From: a virus
Lineage: Duplodnaviria > Caudoviricetes
Reading direction: 5' to 3' (one strand)
IMG/VR virus record: IMGVR_UViG_3300012041_000024
Location: 1-59,840 of that record
Length of the DNA: 59,840 nt
Shown: one piece after another, positions 45,840 through 56,220 of the stretch
Numbering within the stretch: the stretch's first letter is position 1
Layout: the number at the start of each line of letters is the position of its first letter
The notes under the pieces: generated by a model
What the model was told of the DNA's origin: nothing
Seen by the model: the letters and a program-made list of their open reading frames with translations, nothing else
Databases searched by the model: none
Position numbers and translations under genes: made by a program

Positions 45840-46065
45840 CGAGCAACTGTTTCGGCATCCGTCGTGGCAGCTTCAACTCGAAGCGATCTACGACAACCCC
45901 GTCATCGGCGAGTGGTGCGAGGGCTGTCTGCTCCCCTCCGCGTTGACGTTCAAGCAGTTCATCGTCGATACGCACACGTTGAAGTTGTACGCGACTCGTC
46001 ACTGCTGGACGTGCGAAGAGTGCGGGCATTACACGTACTCGGTGGCGTGGTCGCAGCTACGCTGA
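45829..46065 (+). CDS. small Zn-ribbon protein
   Basis: WCEGCLLPS..CEECG. Confidence 0.55.
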   Translation: MADDEQLFRHPSWQLQLEAIYDNPVIGEWCEGCLLPSALTFKQFIVDTHTLKLYATRHCWTCEECGHYTYSVAWSQLR

Positions 46066-46072
46066 CTCGCTA

Positions 46073-46159
46073 GGTGAGATCCGCGTCAGCGGACGGCAAG
46101 ATTGCCTGAGTCGGGCCCGACGTCGGGCGGCGCCACCGAAAGCGAACGCGGATCTCACC
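46073..46159. other. multibranched stem-loop upstream of the capsid gene
   Basis: 14-bp perfect closing stem GGTGAGATCCGCGT/ACGCGGATCTCACC with internal hairpins. Confidence 0.55.
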
Positions 46160-46348
46160 CCGCCTGACCTGCGTCTCTGTGGACTATCCGTGACAAAGGT
46201 CAGTCGGTGCGTCTACTGTTCGGCCCCGAAACGGGACGTGCCCCGCCGCCCTAGTCGGACGGGTACGACGGAGAGTGACCAAGTTCGCTCCGCTGCGCCT
46301 CGCGTGTCATCACTCATTCACACGCAACCGCATAGACGGAGCACACTG

Positions 46349-48163
46349 ATGGACCGCATCCAAGAACTGCTCGCCAAGGGCATCGACAAGCTCACCGAGG
46401 AAGAACTCGCCGAACTGAAAGGTCTGTGCGACGAAGAGGCTGATCGTCTGCTCGACGAAGCAGAGGGCAACCCTTCCGACGAGCAGATCTCGGCGCTGGA
46501 AACTATCGCCGGAGCGATCGAAGCCGCCGACAGCGAGGAAGTGAACCGCGAGCAGATCAAAGCGGAGCGAGCCGCGAAAGTCGCGGAACTCTCGAAGCGG
46601 ATCAAGCGCGACAAAGGCGGCGACGAACCCGTCGACGAACCAGTCGATGACGAAGTCACTGACGAAGACGAAGCCGAGTTGGTTCCGGCTGTTGCGTCGA
46701 TGGACGACATCGTGAACGCTCCTGTCGTTGATCTCACCGAAACGGGTGAAGTCGTGATCGCTGCTCCGACCGCGGTAGCGGCGTCAGCAGAGATCGGCCG
46801 ACCGGGCGCGATGGTGACACGAGTCGCGGCACGGCGACCGGAGTCGACGAAGCCGAAGCCGAAGTCGAGCGAACTCGTCGCCTCCATGACAGCGTCCGCG
46901 AATCTGCCGGGTGTGCAGATGGGCGCCCGCCTCGACAACGACGACATCATGTTCAAAGCGTGGGACAAAGCGGTGCAAGCCGCGATGACCGCCAGCTTGC
47001 AGCGCGGCGGCTCTGATTTCATCAAGATCCCTGTCTGCGGCATGTCGCTGGAGTTCCCCGAGGACCGGATACTCGACGACAACGGTCGTCAGAACCGACG
47101 CAAGATCGACGCTGTCGCATCACCGAACGCGATCACCGCCTCCGGTGGCGTCTGCGCGCCGATCCCGGTGAAGTACGACATGAAAGTCGTCGGCAACGAA
47201 GCACGACCGGTGAAGGCTGCGCTCGCTCGTTTCGGCGCGACCCGCGGTGGCGTCACGACACTCGTGCCGCCGACGTTGGCGTCGATCCCGCTGCCCGGCG
47301 TGGCGAACTCGCCGATCAGCAAGTGGACGATGGACAACGACGAGAACCCGACGTCGCCGACGACGAAGCCGTACATGGTGATCCCCTGCACGAACGACGA
47401 ACGCACGACCGAGGTGTACGCCATTCCGATCAGCGTGAAGATCGGCAACTTCCGAGCGAAGTGGTTCCCCGAGCAGATCGCCGCGTTCATGTCGCTCGTC
47501 GCGACGCAAGCAGCGCGCTATCAAGAGTCGCTGTATCTGAAGACGATCGCGGACGGCTCGACGACCGTGACGCACGGCCAAGTATTGGGCACTGCTCGTG
47601 ACGTGCTCACGTCTTTGCGGCAGTTGATCGCGACGCAGCGCTACCGTCTCCGCGCCGGTCCCGGCACGACCGTCGCGGTGATCGTCCCGCAATGGCTGAA
47701 AGACATGATGCTCGTCGACCTCGTGCGTATCGGCACCGACGGCGGCACTGCCGAAGAGCGCTTGTCGCGCGCCGAAGGGACGCTCAACTCGTTCTTCGCT
47801 GTGCTCAACGCGAACGTGTACTGGCATCAAGACTTCCAGAACGGCGTCTCGATCGGCTCGCCCGGTGGGCCGTTGGCCGGTGCACAGGGCGCGGGGCCGG
47901 TGATCGGCTGGCCGAACAAAGTCCGCGCGCACGTGTACCTCGAAGGTTCGTGGCTTGATCTCGACGGCGGCTCATGGGACTTCGGCGTGATCCGCGACTC
48001 GACCTTGGTTGGGACGAACGATTACTTGATGTTCTCGGAGATCGCCGAAGCGGCGCACTACGACGGCGTACCGGGTGAGACGTTCAACTACGACATCGAC
48101 ATATGCAGCAACGGTCTGACCGTCGCTGGCGGCGACATCGACGTCTGCACGTCAGGCTCGTAG
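46349..48163 (+). CDS. major capsid (hexamer-type) protein with N-terminal scaffold domain
   Basis: Acidic coiled N-terminus; TASGGVCAP..YD; GVIRDSTL..NDY..FSE; GGAG RBS. Confidence 0.88.
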   Translation: MDRIQELLAKGIDKLTEEELAELKGLCDEEADRLLDEAEGNPSDEQISALETIAGAIEAADSEEVNREQIKAERAAKVAELSKRIKRDKGGDEPVDEPVDDEVTDEDEAELVPAVASMDDIVNAPVVDLTETGEVVIAAPTAVAASAEIGRPGAMVTRVAARRPESTKPKPKSSELVASMTASANLPGVQMGARLDNDDIMFKAWDKAVQAAMTASLQRGGSDFIKIPVCGMSLEFPEDRILDDNGRQNRRKIDAVASPNAITASGGVCAPIPVKYDMKVVGNEARPVKAALARFGATRGGVTTLVPPTLASIPLPGVANSPISKWTMDNDENPTSPTTKPYMVIPCTNDERTTEVYAIPISVKIGNFRAKWFPEQIAAFMSLVATQAARYQESLYLKTIADGSTTVTHGQVLGTARDVLTSLRQLIATQRYRLRAGPGTTVAVIVPQWLKDMMLVDLVRIGTDGGTAEERLSRAEGTLNSFFAVLNANVYWHQDFQNGVSIGSPGGPLAGAQGAGPVIGWPNKVRAHVYLEGSWLDLDGGSWDFGVIRDSTLVGTNDYLMFSEIAEAAHYDGVPGETFNYDIDICSNGLTVAGGDIDVCTSGS

Positions 48164-48179
48164 TCCGGTCGAAGCTGTT

Positions 48180-48223
48180 GAACCCCTGCGGCCCGTTGTG
48201 ACCGCTCCGCGCTGCGGGGGTTC
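48180..48223 (+). terminator. hairpin after the capsid gene
   Basis: GAACCCCTGCGG/CTGCGGGGGTTC stem. Confidence 0.5.
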
Positions 48224-48249
48224 GACTTCGTTGAGGAATTGGTGAACGA

Positions 48250-49197
48250 ATGGCGAAACGGGATTCACGCACTGCACCGCCGCTTCGTTCGCCGCGCAAC
48301 GGGTTGCTCACCGTAGTAACGGTGAAAGACGACGAGACGGGAGTTCGCTGGGGCGCCGGGGTGACCTGGCAGGCTGAACTCCCGGTCGTCGACTTCACGC
48401 GTTACGACGACGCCGCGATGGGCGAAACGTGGCACGGCGCACGCGACGCCGAATGCGGCACGACCGCGTTGACAGTCAACGCGCGGCCGCCGACTGAGCA
48501 CGCGGACCCGTTCCAGATCGCGGCGTATTCGTGGTGCTCCGCGATGGCGCGAGATCAGAACGACCGCGCGGCGCGGGCTCGTCGCCTGCTCGAAGCGACA
48601 CAGAGCATGGACATCGCCTACGAACTGTGGACGGGCACGATCGCGCAAGCGACCGCGAACAACGAGAACTCGTGGTTGGCGAACACGACCGGCGCCGGTG
48701 CGACCGCCGTCGTGTGGCCTGCGTCGCCGTGGCAGTCAGCGGCGTACTCTCAGCCGACGCCAGAACCCGTAGGTGAAGCGGCGCTCGCTCGTGTCGACGC
48801 ATACCTCACTCATATTCTGGCGAACGGTCGTGGGCTGCTCCACATGAGCCCGACGATGTTCAGCTATATCGTCGCCGCGTTCCCCGGTTGGCTGAACCGC
48901 GAAGGCAACGTCTGGATCTCACCGAACGGCCACTCTGTTGTCGCTGACGCCGGGTACACCGGAGCGGCGAAAGCAGCCGCGGCCGGTGCTCTGCTCGCAG
49001 AGTGGATCTTCGCGACGGGACCGATGGAAGTCGTGCTCGGTCCGATCGACGCGACGCCGCCGGATTCGCCGGAGGCGTTCACGCACGCGACAAATGACTA
49101 CGTGCTCTACGCGCAACGCGACGTGATCGTGATGTGGGAGCCGCACGTCGCGCACGGTGCGTTCCACTTCAACAACGTCGGCAACGTGTTCGCCTAA
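48250..49197 (+). CDS. second capsid (pentamer-type) protein
   Basis: GLL..W..GV, PF..Y..C, ELWTG, G..VVADAGY, TND...A.R pattern following the hexamer gene. Confidence 0.7.
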   Translation: MAKRDSRTAPPLRSPRNGLLTVVTVKDDETGVRWGAGVTWQAELPVVDFTRYDDAAMGETWHGARDAECGTTALTVNARPPTEHADPFQIAAYSWCSAMARDQNDRAARARRLLEATQSMDIAYELWTGTIAQATANNENSWLANTTGAGATAVVWPASPWQSAAYSQPTPEPVGEAALARVDAYLTHILANGRGLLHMSPTMFSYIVAAFPGWLNREGNVWISPNGHSVVADAGYTGAAKAAAAGALLAEWIFATGPMEVVLGPIDATPPDSPEAFTHATNDYVLYAQRDVIVMWEPHVAHGAFHFNNVGNVFA

Positions 49198-49210
49198 AGG
49201 GGATTGAACA

Positions 49211-49870
49211 ATGGCAGCAACCAACTCACCATTCGGGCAGGTGCAAGCGTTTCGTATGCGGCTGTGCAAGCTCGACACGAACGGCGTGCCGACACCCGCC
49301 GCGGGCAAGATGTACGTCACGTCATCGCTCGTCCTCGCGACGTTCACCCCGTCGTATATCGACGGGACAGAGATCCGCGACGTCAACGGCGAAGGCGTCG
49401 TCTGCGTCGAGTACACCGGCGACGATTCGTTCCTCGGGTACGACGTCTCGATTCAAGTCTGCACCCCTGATCCGTACATCATGGACTTCCTCGGCGGGTG
49501 CGCCATTCTCACTCCGGCGAACGGGATACTCGGCTGGGCTGCACCGTCGACGGGGCCGACCGCGCCGACACCCGTCAGCGTCGAGTTGTGGTCGAAGCGT
49601 GTCGACGAAGGCGCGTTGGCGTCAGACGGCTACCCGTACTACTGGACAGTCGCACCGCGGCTACGGAAGCTGCGGCTCGGCCCGCTGAACTACGGCAACC
49701 AGTCGAATCAGCCGACGTTCGAAGCGGTCGCTCGTGAGAACCCGAACTGGTACAACGGCCCGTTGAATGATTGGGCGCAAGCATCTGATCGTGCGCTGCA
49801 ACAAATCGCGTGCGCGGAGACTCGTGTACCGGCGGCGTCGACGAACCTGTCAGCGATCGTTGCAAGCTGA
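49211..49870 (+). CDS. major tail protein
   Basis: RLCKLDTNGVP..YVT..G.VC..C.PDP..ELWS..NPNW.NGP. Confidence 0.8.
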   Translation: MAATNSPFGQVQAFRMRLCKLDTNGVPTPAAGKMYVTSSLVLATFTPSYIDGTEIRDVNGEGVVCVEYTGDDSFLGYDVSIQVCTPDPYIMDFLGGCAILTPANGILGWAAPSTGPTAPTPVSVELWSKRVDEGALASDGYPYYWTVAPRLRKLRLGPLNYGNQSNQPTFEAVARENPNWYNGPLNDWAQASDRALQQIACAETRVPAASTNLSAIVAS

Positions 49871-50193
49871 TGGACACGTTCGTCGCTTCCGTCGCCATGC
49901 TGGCGCTCATCAAAAAGTTCATCGACTTCTCGAAGTACGTCACCGCGAAAGACATCAACGGCGCTGTTACACAACTCTTCGTGTGGGCCGCCGGTGTCCT
50001 CGCGGTGTTCCTCTACGCGAACACCGACTGGGCCGAGACGATCACCTACGGGGCTCTGACACTCGCGGACATGAACGGCGCGTCGCTCATCGCGCTCGGC
50101 CTCGGCCTCGCGTCGACCGCTTCGCTCACCACTGATTTCATCAAGTCCCGCGACGAATCCGACAGTGCGGCAATGCCGCCGCTGATCAAGTAA
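49870..50193 (+). CDS. holin-like membrane protein
   Basis: About 3 TM helices, charged tail. Confidence 0.55.
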   Translation: MDTFVASVAMLALIKKFIDFSKYVTAKDINGAVTQLFVWAAGVLAVFLYANTDWAETITYGALTLADMNGASLIALGLGLASTASLTTDFIKSRDESDSAAMPPLIK

Positions 50194-50205
50194 AGGAAAC
50201 CACTC

Positions 50206-50808
50206 ATGCCACTCACTGCCGCAGGCCGTAACGCCATCCTCACATCGGGTGCGTCGGCGATCACACATCTCGGAGCGCTCACCGCGCTGACACCGACCGA
50301 AGCGACCGGCGGCGCGTACGCCCGTCAAGCGATCTCGTTCGCTGCGGCGGCGTCGGGTATCCGCGACAACAACGCGCAGATCGTCATCCCGATCCCCGCC
50401 GGGTCGACGATCGTCGCCGTCTCCGGTTACGACGCGTCGACCGCAGGGAATCTCCTGTCGTACGGCGGGATCGGTTCGTCGCTGCTGAAAGGCGTCGGCG
50501 TCGTCGAGTCGACGACGACGGATCTGATCCGCAGCAACGGTCACGGCCTCGTGCTCGACGACCGCGTGATGGTGTTCGCCGTCGCCGGTGAGTCGATCCC
50601 GACGCTCGTCGCGACGACGCTCTATTACGCGTGCACGATCACGACTGACACGTTCCAGCTGTCGACGACCGCGGCGGCGGGGGCGATCGTGAATATCGCG
50701 GCGCTCGGCGAACTCGGTTGGGCGAAGACAGTCCCCGAGACGTTCGCGTCGGCAGGAAACTTGACCATCGCGACCGGCGCGTTCGATCTCGACTTCAACT
50801 TCGGCTGA
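50206..50808 (+). CDS. virion accessory (fibre anchor-like) protein with inserted beta domain
   Basis: EATGGAYARQAISF..DASTAGNL; HGL..DRV..YY..DTFQLS insertion; AAGGA RBS. Confidence 0.65.
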   Translation: MPLTAAGRNAILTSGASAITHLGALTALTPTEATGGAYARQAISFAAAASGIRDNNAQIVIPIPAGSTIVAVSGYDASTAGNLLSYGGIGSSLLKGVGVVESTTTDLIRSNGHGLVLDDRVMVFAVAGESIPTLVATTLYYACTITTDTFQLSTTAAAGAIVNIAALGELGWAKTVPETFASAGNLTIATGAFDLDFNFG

Positions 50809-50814
50809 GCGACG

Positions 50815-50979
50815 ATGTACTCGATTCGCTTCGTTGGCGGTGGGATGGACGGTCGGACCGGCCGCGATGAGAACCCTCCGTTGACGGTGACGTACACGGC
50901 GCCAGGCATGAGCGCGGACGTGTACGTGCAGTCGAGTAACACTGATCCTGACGGCACGCTCGTTTACCGAAAGAGATAG
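50815..50979 (+). CDS. hypothetical protein (54 aa)
   Basis: FVGGGMDG motif. Confidence 0.55.
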   Translation: MYSIRFVGGGMDGRTGRDENPPLTVTYTAPGMSADVYVQSSNTDPDGTLVYRKR

Positions 50980-50983
50980 ACCT

Positions 50984-51280
50984 ATGGCGATCAAGTTCCG
51001 CTGCCCGCATCGACTGTGGTCTGTGCCTGGCGACAAGAGCCGTAACGCGAAAGCGGCAGAGCGGCGCAAAGAGTATGACGTGCCGTCTGACGCCAAGTGG
51101 GTACGCGTCGAAGAGGACTTTAACCGCGACAAGTCGCAGCAAAAAAAGGTCAACGGCAAAGTCGTGACGGTGAAGCCGTACGAGCACGAGATCGGCGAAC
51201 GCTTCGAAGCCGAAGTCACTTGCCCTGATTGCGGCGACACGATCGTCGTCTCGACCGACACGAATCCGGGAGGCAACTGA
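50984..51280 (+). CDS. Zn-ribbon protein
   Basis: CPH..CPDCG. Confidence 0.6.
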   Translation: MAIKFRCPHRLWSVPGDKSRNAKAAERRKEYDVPSDAKWVRVEEDFNRDKSQQKKVNGKVVTVKPYEHEIGERFEAEVTCPDCGDTIVVSTDTNPGGN

Positions 51281-51729
51281 TGGCGTCGTCACCGATCTCT
51301 GTGACAACCGAAGGCGAGGAAGGACTCTTGGCGTCGACGATCGAAACGCTCGTGCAGATCATCGGCCACGCCGGAGCGAAGACAGCGATCGTCGAGTGGG
51401 GCATCGGTATCGACGCCACCGCGGCGGGTACTGCGCTTGTCGAACTGTGTCGTCAGACCACCGCCGGTACGTCGGTCGCGGCGGCGGAAGTGTTGTGGGA
51501 CGCCGACGACGCCGCCGCTTCGTTCACCGGGTTTCATTCGTTCACTGCGGAGCCGACGAAAGGCGACGTGCTCGCCGCCTACGAAGTGCCGGAGAACGGC
51601 GGTCAGGTGATCATGCAGTACCCGCTCGGGCGTGAGCCGATCATCGATTCGGCGACGACGTCTCGTATGGGGCTGTGCGTCACGGCGACGCAGACTTGCA
51701 ACGCGGTTGCGTATCTCGTAGCGGCGTAG
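51280..51729 (+). CDS. beta-sandwich virion protein
   Basis: GGAGG RBS; QYPLGREP motif. Confidence 0.6.
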   Translation: MASSPISVTTEGEEGLLASTIETLVQIIGHAGAKTAIVEWGIGIDATAAGTALVELCRQTTAGTSVAAAEVLWDADDAAASFTGFHSFTAEPTKGDVLAAYEVPENGGQVIMQYPLGREPIIDSATTSRMGLCVTATQTCNAVAYLVAA

Positions 51730-51732
51730 CTG

Positions 51733-52923
51733 ATGTCGACGCGCATCATTCGCCCGTCGACGTCGCCGTCGTTTCCCGACCCTGGTGTAACGCACAACAT
51801 CTCGGCGCGTGTCTTCGCCGCGGCGCGGACCCACGCACAAGTACAGACCGGTACCGGGACGTTCGATTTCACTGTCGGCGTCGACGGCACGCTGCAACAG
51901 ATCATGGACCAGTCGACCGCGGCGCTCGCCGGGCGCCGTGTCCGTGTCCCTTCGGGTGTGTGGACCGGACCGAACAACGCCGGATTGACCGGATTGAACA
52001 AGGACTACGGCAACGTCACCGTCGTCTTCGAACCAGGCTCGATTCTCCGTGGCGCGTCGGGTATCGAGATGTACGGCCAGATCCGCAACCTCCACTTCGA
52101 AGGCTCGGGATCGGTGCAGGGCGACGGGACGTACGTGTTCTCTGAGGGAATCATCATCGACGCGAACCGCCTCGACAAAGGCTCGAACGGTTTGCCGTGC
52201 GCGAATATCAGCGTCGACGGATTGACCGTCGAGCCGATACCGGGGACGGTGGCGTTGCAGCGCGGCGGGATCACGATATGGGGCGGCGATCTCATCACGA
52301 TCAAGAACACCACGATCCATGACTGCGCGTCGAACGCTTTCGCCGGGTTCGGCTCAGCGTCGTCGGGGATCAGTGTCGGCCACGCTCGCCGCGTCGCAGC
52401 CGCCGGGTCGCCACGACTGCTCATCGAGAACAACCACATTTACAACGTGTTGGAGATACAAGACGGCGAATCAGCGGACCGCAACGGCATCATCCTCGAC
52501 CTGTTCCACGGCGACTTCACTTTGTACGCTGACCGTCTCATCGGCGACGTTCACGTGTTGGGCAACGACATTCATGACGTGTCCGGTCGCGGCATTCAGT
52601 TGTTGTGCGCGGGTGTGTCGGACTCGGCGGTAACCGTCAACGGCAACCAGGTACACGGTCAGTGGGCGCGACGGCTCGGCGGGTCGAACCCTGAGACAGC
52701 GATCGGCGGGTACGGCGCAGGCACCGCGGGGTATGTGCTGTGCTCGTTCAACACCGTGACGTTCGATCCCGGTAACGGCGGGAAAGCCGCCTACAACTTC
52801 ATCAGCTTCGACGGCGACGGCCCCGGCGTGCTCGGCTCGAACAATCATGTGATCGGCACAGGCACCGCGATCGCGTGGTCGAACTCACGAACGAATACAC
52901 CACCGGCAGGATTCGTGACATGA
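51733..52923 (+). CDS. right-handed beta-helix (pectate-lyase-like) protein
   Basis: Repeating I.NN.I..GI Asn ladders. Confidence 0.75.
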   Translation: MSTRIIRPSTSPSFPDPGVTHNISARVFAAARTHAQVQTGTGTFDFTVGVDGTLQQIMDQSTAALAGRRVRVPSGVWTGPNNAGLTGLNKDYGNVTVVFEPGSILRGASGIEMYGQIRNLHFEGSGSVQGDGTYVFSEGIIIDANRLDKGSNGLPCANISVDGLTVEPIPGTVALQRGGITIWGGDLITIKNTTIHDCASNAFAGFGSASSGISVGHARRVAAAGSPRLLIENNHIYNVLEIQDGESADRNGIILDLFHGDFTLYADRLIGDVHVLGNDIHDVSGRGIQLLCAGVSDSAVTVNGNQVHGQWARRLGGSNPETAIGGYGAGTAGYVLCSFNTVTFDPGNGGKAAYNFISFDGDGPGVLGSNNHVIGTGTAIAWSNSRTNTPPAGFVT

Positions 52924-54257
52924 CGACGCGTGTGATCAGAGCGAAACTGACGCCTGCGTATCCGCCGCCGCCGGTGACGGTGAACGTCGCAGTGAAGACG
53001 TTCGCGGCGCCGACAGTGCGCGCGATGACGACGACGTCGATCCCGTCGGTGTCGACTGCTTTTCACTGGGGTTTCATGGTCACGCACGACGGCTTGACTG
53101 AGAGCACCGGCAATCCCGCTGCGCCGAATCCGGCGTGGGACGATCACATCGTGGCGTTACATTCGGCGAACGTACGCAACATGTTCCAGACGATCCCGAA
53201 CACGATCTTCCAATGCGCGAAGGATCACTTCGGTGTGTTCGCTCACGACCCGTCGCCGGGCGTGACGAATCAGTGGACCGGCCCAGGGAACAACGGAGCG
53301 GGACTCGACAACGCGGTGGCGTTGATCAATACGTTCAAGCATCCGACGTCGAAGCTGATGATCCAGTTGTACGGCATCCCCGGCTATCAAGCGGGCCTCG
53401 CCGTCGGCAACGACTATACGTCAGCAGCGCCGGACACCTTGGCGCACGAAGACGAGTACGCCGCGGCGTGCGCCCGCATCGCGTTGCGTTACAACGGGAC
53501 GGGCGGCCAGCCGAACGTCGAATACTTCGCGGTGTGGAACGAAATGAAAGGAATGGACTCGTATACAGCGACGGCGCGCGCGAAGTACATACGTATGTAC
53601 AACAAAGTGTGGAACGCGGTGAAAGCGGTGCGTCCCGATAACGGACCGGCGCCGTGCAAGATCGGCGGGCCGTACTCAAAGTTCATCTCGTGGGAAACCG
53701 GCATGAACTCCGGTGTGTCGTCGAACTACGGGCTGTCGTTGTCCGCTCTCGGCGGGTATGTCGATCAGCGTGTGCTCGACTTGTACTACGAGTGGCGTAA
53801 CGACGCGATCGGTTGGGACTTCGTCTCAATTGACGTGTGGGCAGGCAACGACCGCAACACCGGCAAGCAGGCGTACGGCCCGCCGAATGGAACGCCCGAC
53901 AGCGACTCCGTTGCGCCGGGCATCACGGCGTATCAGCAGATGAAAGCGCGGATACCGGCGTACTTCGCGTGGACGCGTTCGATGTTCCCAGGTACGACGC
54001 CGATCATCTGCAACGAGTTCTACCCGCAGGCACGACAGTCGAACTACACCGTCGGCCGCGGCGCAGGCGACACATGGACGGAAGCGACCGTCGAGAACTG
54101 GGTCGTCGAGTGCCTCAACGACATCAAGCCGTACGGCCCTGGCTGGATTTGCGCGTGGGGCGAAGAGGCTGAACCACCGCGACCGTTCGAGTACGAAACG
54201 ACCGGCGCGCCGACGACGCTCGCGTCGAAGCTCATCGCGTACGAGGCTTCGTTATGA
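52920..54257 (+). CDS. glycoside hydrolase, clan GH-A (GH39-like)
   Basis: VEYFAVWNE acid/base, KIGGP, PIICNEF nucleophile. Confidence 0.75.
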   Translation: MTTRVIRAKLTPAYPPPPVTVNVAVKTFAAPTVRAMTTTSIPSVSTAFHWGFMVTHDGLTESTGNPAAPNPAWDDHIVALHSANVRNMFQTIPNTIFQCAKDHFGVFAHDPSPGVTNQWTGPGNNGAGLDNAVALINTFKHPTSKLMIQLYGIPGYQAGLAVGNDYTSAAPDTLAHEDEYAAACARIALRYNGTGGQPNVEYFAVWNEMKGMDSYTATARAKYIRMYNKVWNAVKAVRPDNGPAPCKIGGPYSKFISWETGMNSGVSSNYGLSLSALGGYVDQRVLDLYYEWRNDAIGWDFVSIDVWAGNDRNTGKQAYGPPNGTPDSDSVAPGITAYQQMKARIPAYFAWTRSMFPGTTPIICNEFYPQARQSNYTVGRGAGDTWTEATVENWVVECLNDIKPYGPGWICAWGEEAEPPRPFEYETTGAPTTLASKLIAYEASL

Positions 54258-54925
54258 GCATCGTCTACTCGAATCCGTTCACCGGCAATAGCGGCGTGCC
54301 GACTGATCTCGTGTTGTCGCAAGCCGGTCCCGGTTCCGGCGCGACGATGGATCTGTCGGGCGACAAGTTCCGCAACATCACCACCGCGACGGGGTTCTCT
54401 GCGCTGCGCTCGATACTCCCCACAAGCAACTGGAACAACGCGGACGGCGTCGCGGTCGCGTCGTTCGTGACGACCGCGACCGCGAGCAATTTGTTGCCGC
54501 AGATCATGCTGCGAACGTCGGGGGCGTGGGACGCCACGCAGATCGATTCGCCGACGACCGGGTACAAACTCGTGTACTACCTCGGGAACTTGGAGATCTA
54601 CAAACGGACCGGCGGGGCGACGACGCTGATCTCGCCGTCGATCGCGAAGACGGTCAACACGACGACGACGTACAGCATGAAGTTCCAGGTCGTCGGCTCG
54701 TCACCCGTCGCGCTGAAAGCGAAGATGTGGACCGGCGCCGACAACGGTGTGTGGGACATCGAGATCACCGACTCGTCGGGGACGCAGATCACCGGAGCCG
54801 GGCAGTTCATGATGGCGTTCGTGAACACCGTCGCCGCGATCCGTCAGATCAACTGGGACGACATCACGCTCGACGACCTCGTAACGGTCACGACCGGCCC
54901 GCGGCCGCGACTGATGCGGGTATAA
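54254..54925 (+). CDS. lectin-like beta-sandwich protein
   Basis: GY..L.IYKR..Y.MKF.V.G..LKAK.W..DD pattern. Confidence 0.6.
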   Translation: MSIVYSNPFTGNSGVPTDLVLSQAGPGSGATMDLSGDKFRNITTATGFSALRSILPTSNWNNADGVAVASFVTTATASNLLPQIMLRTSGAWDATQIDSPTTGYKLVYYLGNLEIYKRTGGATTLISPSIAKTVNTTTTYSMKFQVVGSSPVALKAKMWTGADNGVWDIEITDSSGTQITGAGQFMMAFVNTVAAIRQINWDDITLDDLVTVTTGPRPRLMRV

Positions 54926-54961
54926 GCCAATGCGTACTTCGCTGTGTGAGAGGATGAATCT

Positions 54962-55315
54962 ATGACGACATTCGGGCCACAACCGCTGAGCGGGTCATCG
55001 AATGGGCTCGGCATCAAAGTCGTCGCCACCGCCACGACGGGCACGACGATCCATACTGCCGTGTCCGGCACATCGTCGTGGGATGAGGTGTGGCTGTGGG
55101 CCTACAACGGGCACACCGCGAACGCTGACCTGACGATCGAGTTCGGCGGCGTCACCGTCCCCGACAACGTCGTCGTGTTCACTGCGCTGCCGTTCAAGGT
55201 AGGGCCGATCGCGGTGATACCCGGCTGGCGATTGCAGAACGGTTTGTTGGTGCGTGCGTTCGCGTCGGTTGCGAACGTTTTCGCGGTCACCGGCTACGTG
55301 AACAGGCTGACGTAA
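54962..55315 (+). CDS. small virion beta-sandwich protein
   Basis: LSGSSNG.GIKV.ATAT.GTTIHTA..DEVWLWA.N..GYVNR. Confidence 0.65.
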   Translation: MTTFGPQPLSGSSNGLGIKVVATATTGTTIHTAVSGTSSWDEVWLWAYNGHTANADLTIEFGGVTVPDNVVVFTALPFKVGPIAVIPGWRLQNGLLVRAFASVANVFAVTGYVNRLT

Positions 55316-56220
55316 TGGTCGGGGAACAGGTGGCGTTTCGTCGTACCGCGGTCGGCGCGCCGATCGTCGAGTACGCGCGGCTCAACGACCGGGCACGCAT
55401 CAACGGCGGCGGCAAAGGAACACGAACCGCTACATCCGCGAATCTGTCGACATCAGTATCGGCGCTCACGGTCGCAGCGCACGCGACGCCGCACAACGAA
55501 GGGGCGTGGGTCGAGATCATCCCGGCGGGCACGTCGACGTTCGTCGCGGAGCAGATCGAGTTCGGGCTGTTCGCCACGATCGGAACGTCGACGGATAACT
55601 CGGGGGCGGTGCTTGACCTGGCGTTCGGTTCGGGACCGGAGGTCGTGCAGATCGCGAACATCGCGGTCGGCGCAAGCATCGGGCATCGGACGATCGTGTT
55701 CCCGTTCCGTGTCCCGGCCGGTGAGCGCATCGCGATGCGTATGCAGGCGGTGATCGCGAACGAGTCCACGTTGATCGCGATGACGTTGCATGAAGCCGGT
55801 GACGGGTACTTGCCGCCGACGTCGTCGGTGACGTACAACTTCAACGCAGCGACGACGACCGCCACGACCGCCATGACCGTCCCCGGCACGACGAACACGG
55901 AGAGCGCGTGGACGCAGATCGGCACGACATCAGCGGACATCTATCGGTTCTTCCCCGGCGTGACGAACCCTCCGACCGGCGCGTTCCTGACGGGCAACGC
56001 GTTGATCGACTTCGCGTACGGCACTGACGGTTCACAGGTTGTGTTCCTCAGCGATATCGGCTGCCTCACGACATCGGCGGAATTGCTGTACGTCTACAAC
56101 GGCAACCGTGCGTATCCGTGTTTCGTTCCGTCCGGTGTGGCGTTGTGGGCGCGGTACCGATCTGACAATTTGAATACGACGGCGCGGCCCAATGTGATCC
56201 CGATCGGATTCGGTTACTGA
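55315..56220 (+). CDS. tandem beta-sandwich virion protein
   Basis: Internal duplication (GAWVEI..DLAFG..VPAG / SAWTQI..DFAYG..VPSG). Confidence 0.6.
   Translation: MVGEQVAFRRTAVGAPIVEYARLNDRARINGGGKGTRTATSANLSTSVSALTVAAHATPHNEGAWVEIIPAGTSTFVAEQIEFGLFATIGTSTDNSGAVLDLAFGSGPEVVQIANIAVGASIGHRTIVFPFRVPAGERIAMRMQAVIANESTLIAMTLHEAGDGYLPPTSSVTYNFNAATTTATTAMTVPGTTNTESAWTQIGTTSADIYRFFPGVTNPPTGAFLTGNALIDFAYGTDGSQVVFLSDIGCLTTSAELLYVYNGNRAYPCFVPSGVALWARYRSDNLNTTARPNVIPIGFGY

Noticed and set aside
46073-46159. Hammerhead ribozyme (CTGA...GAAA)
   Set aside because: Core reads CTGAGTC rather than CUGANGA, and the stems do not fit the hammerhead topology
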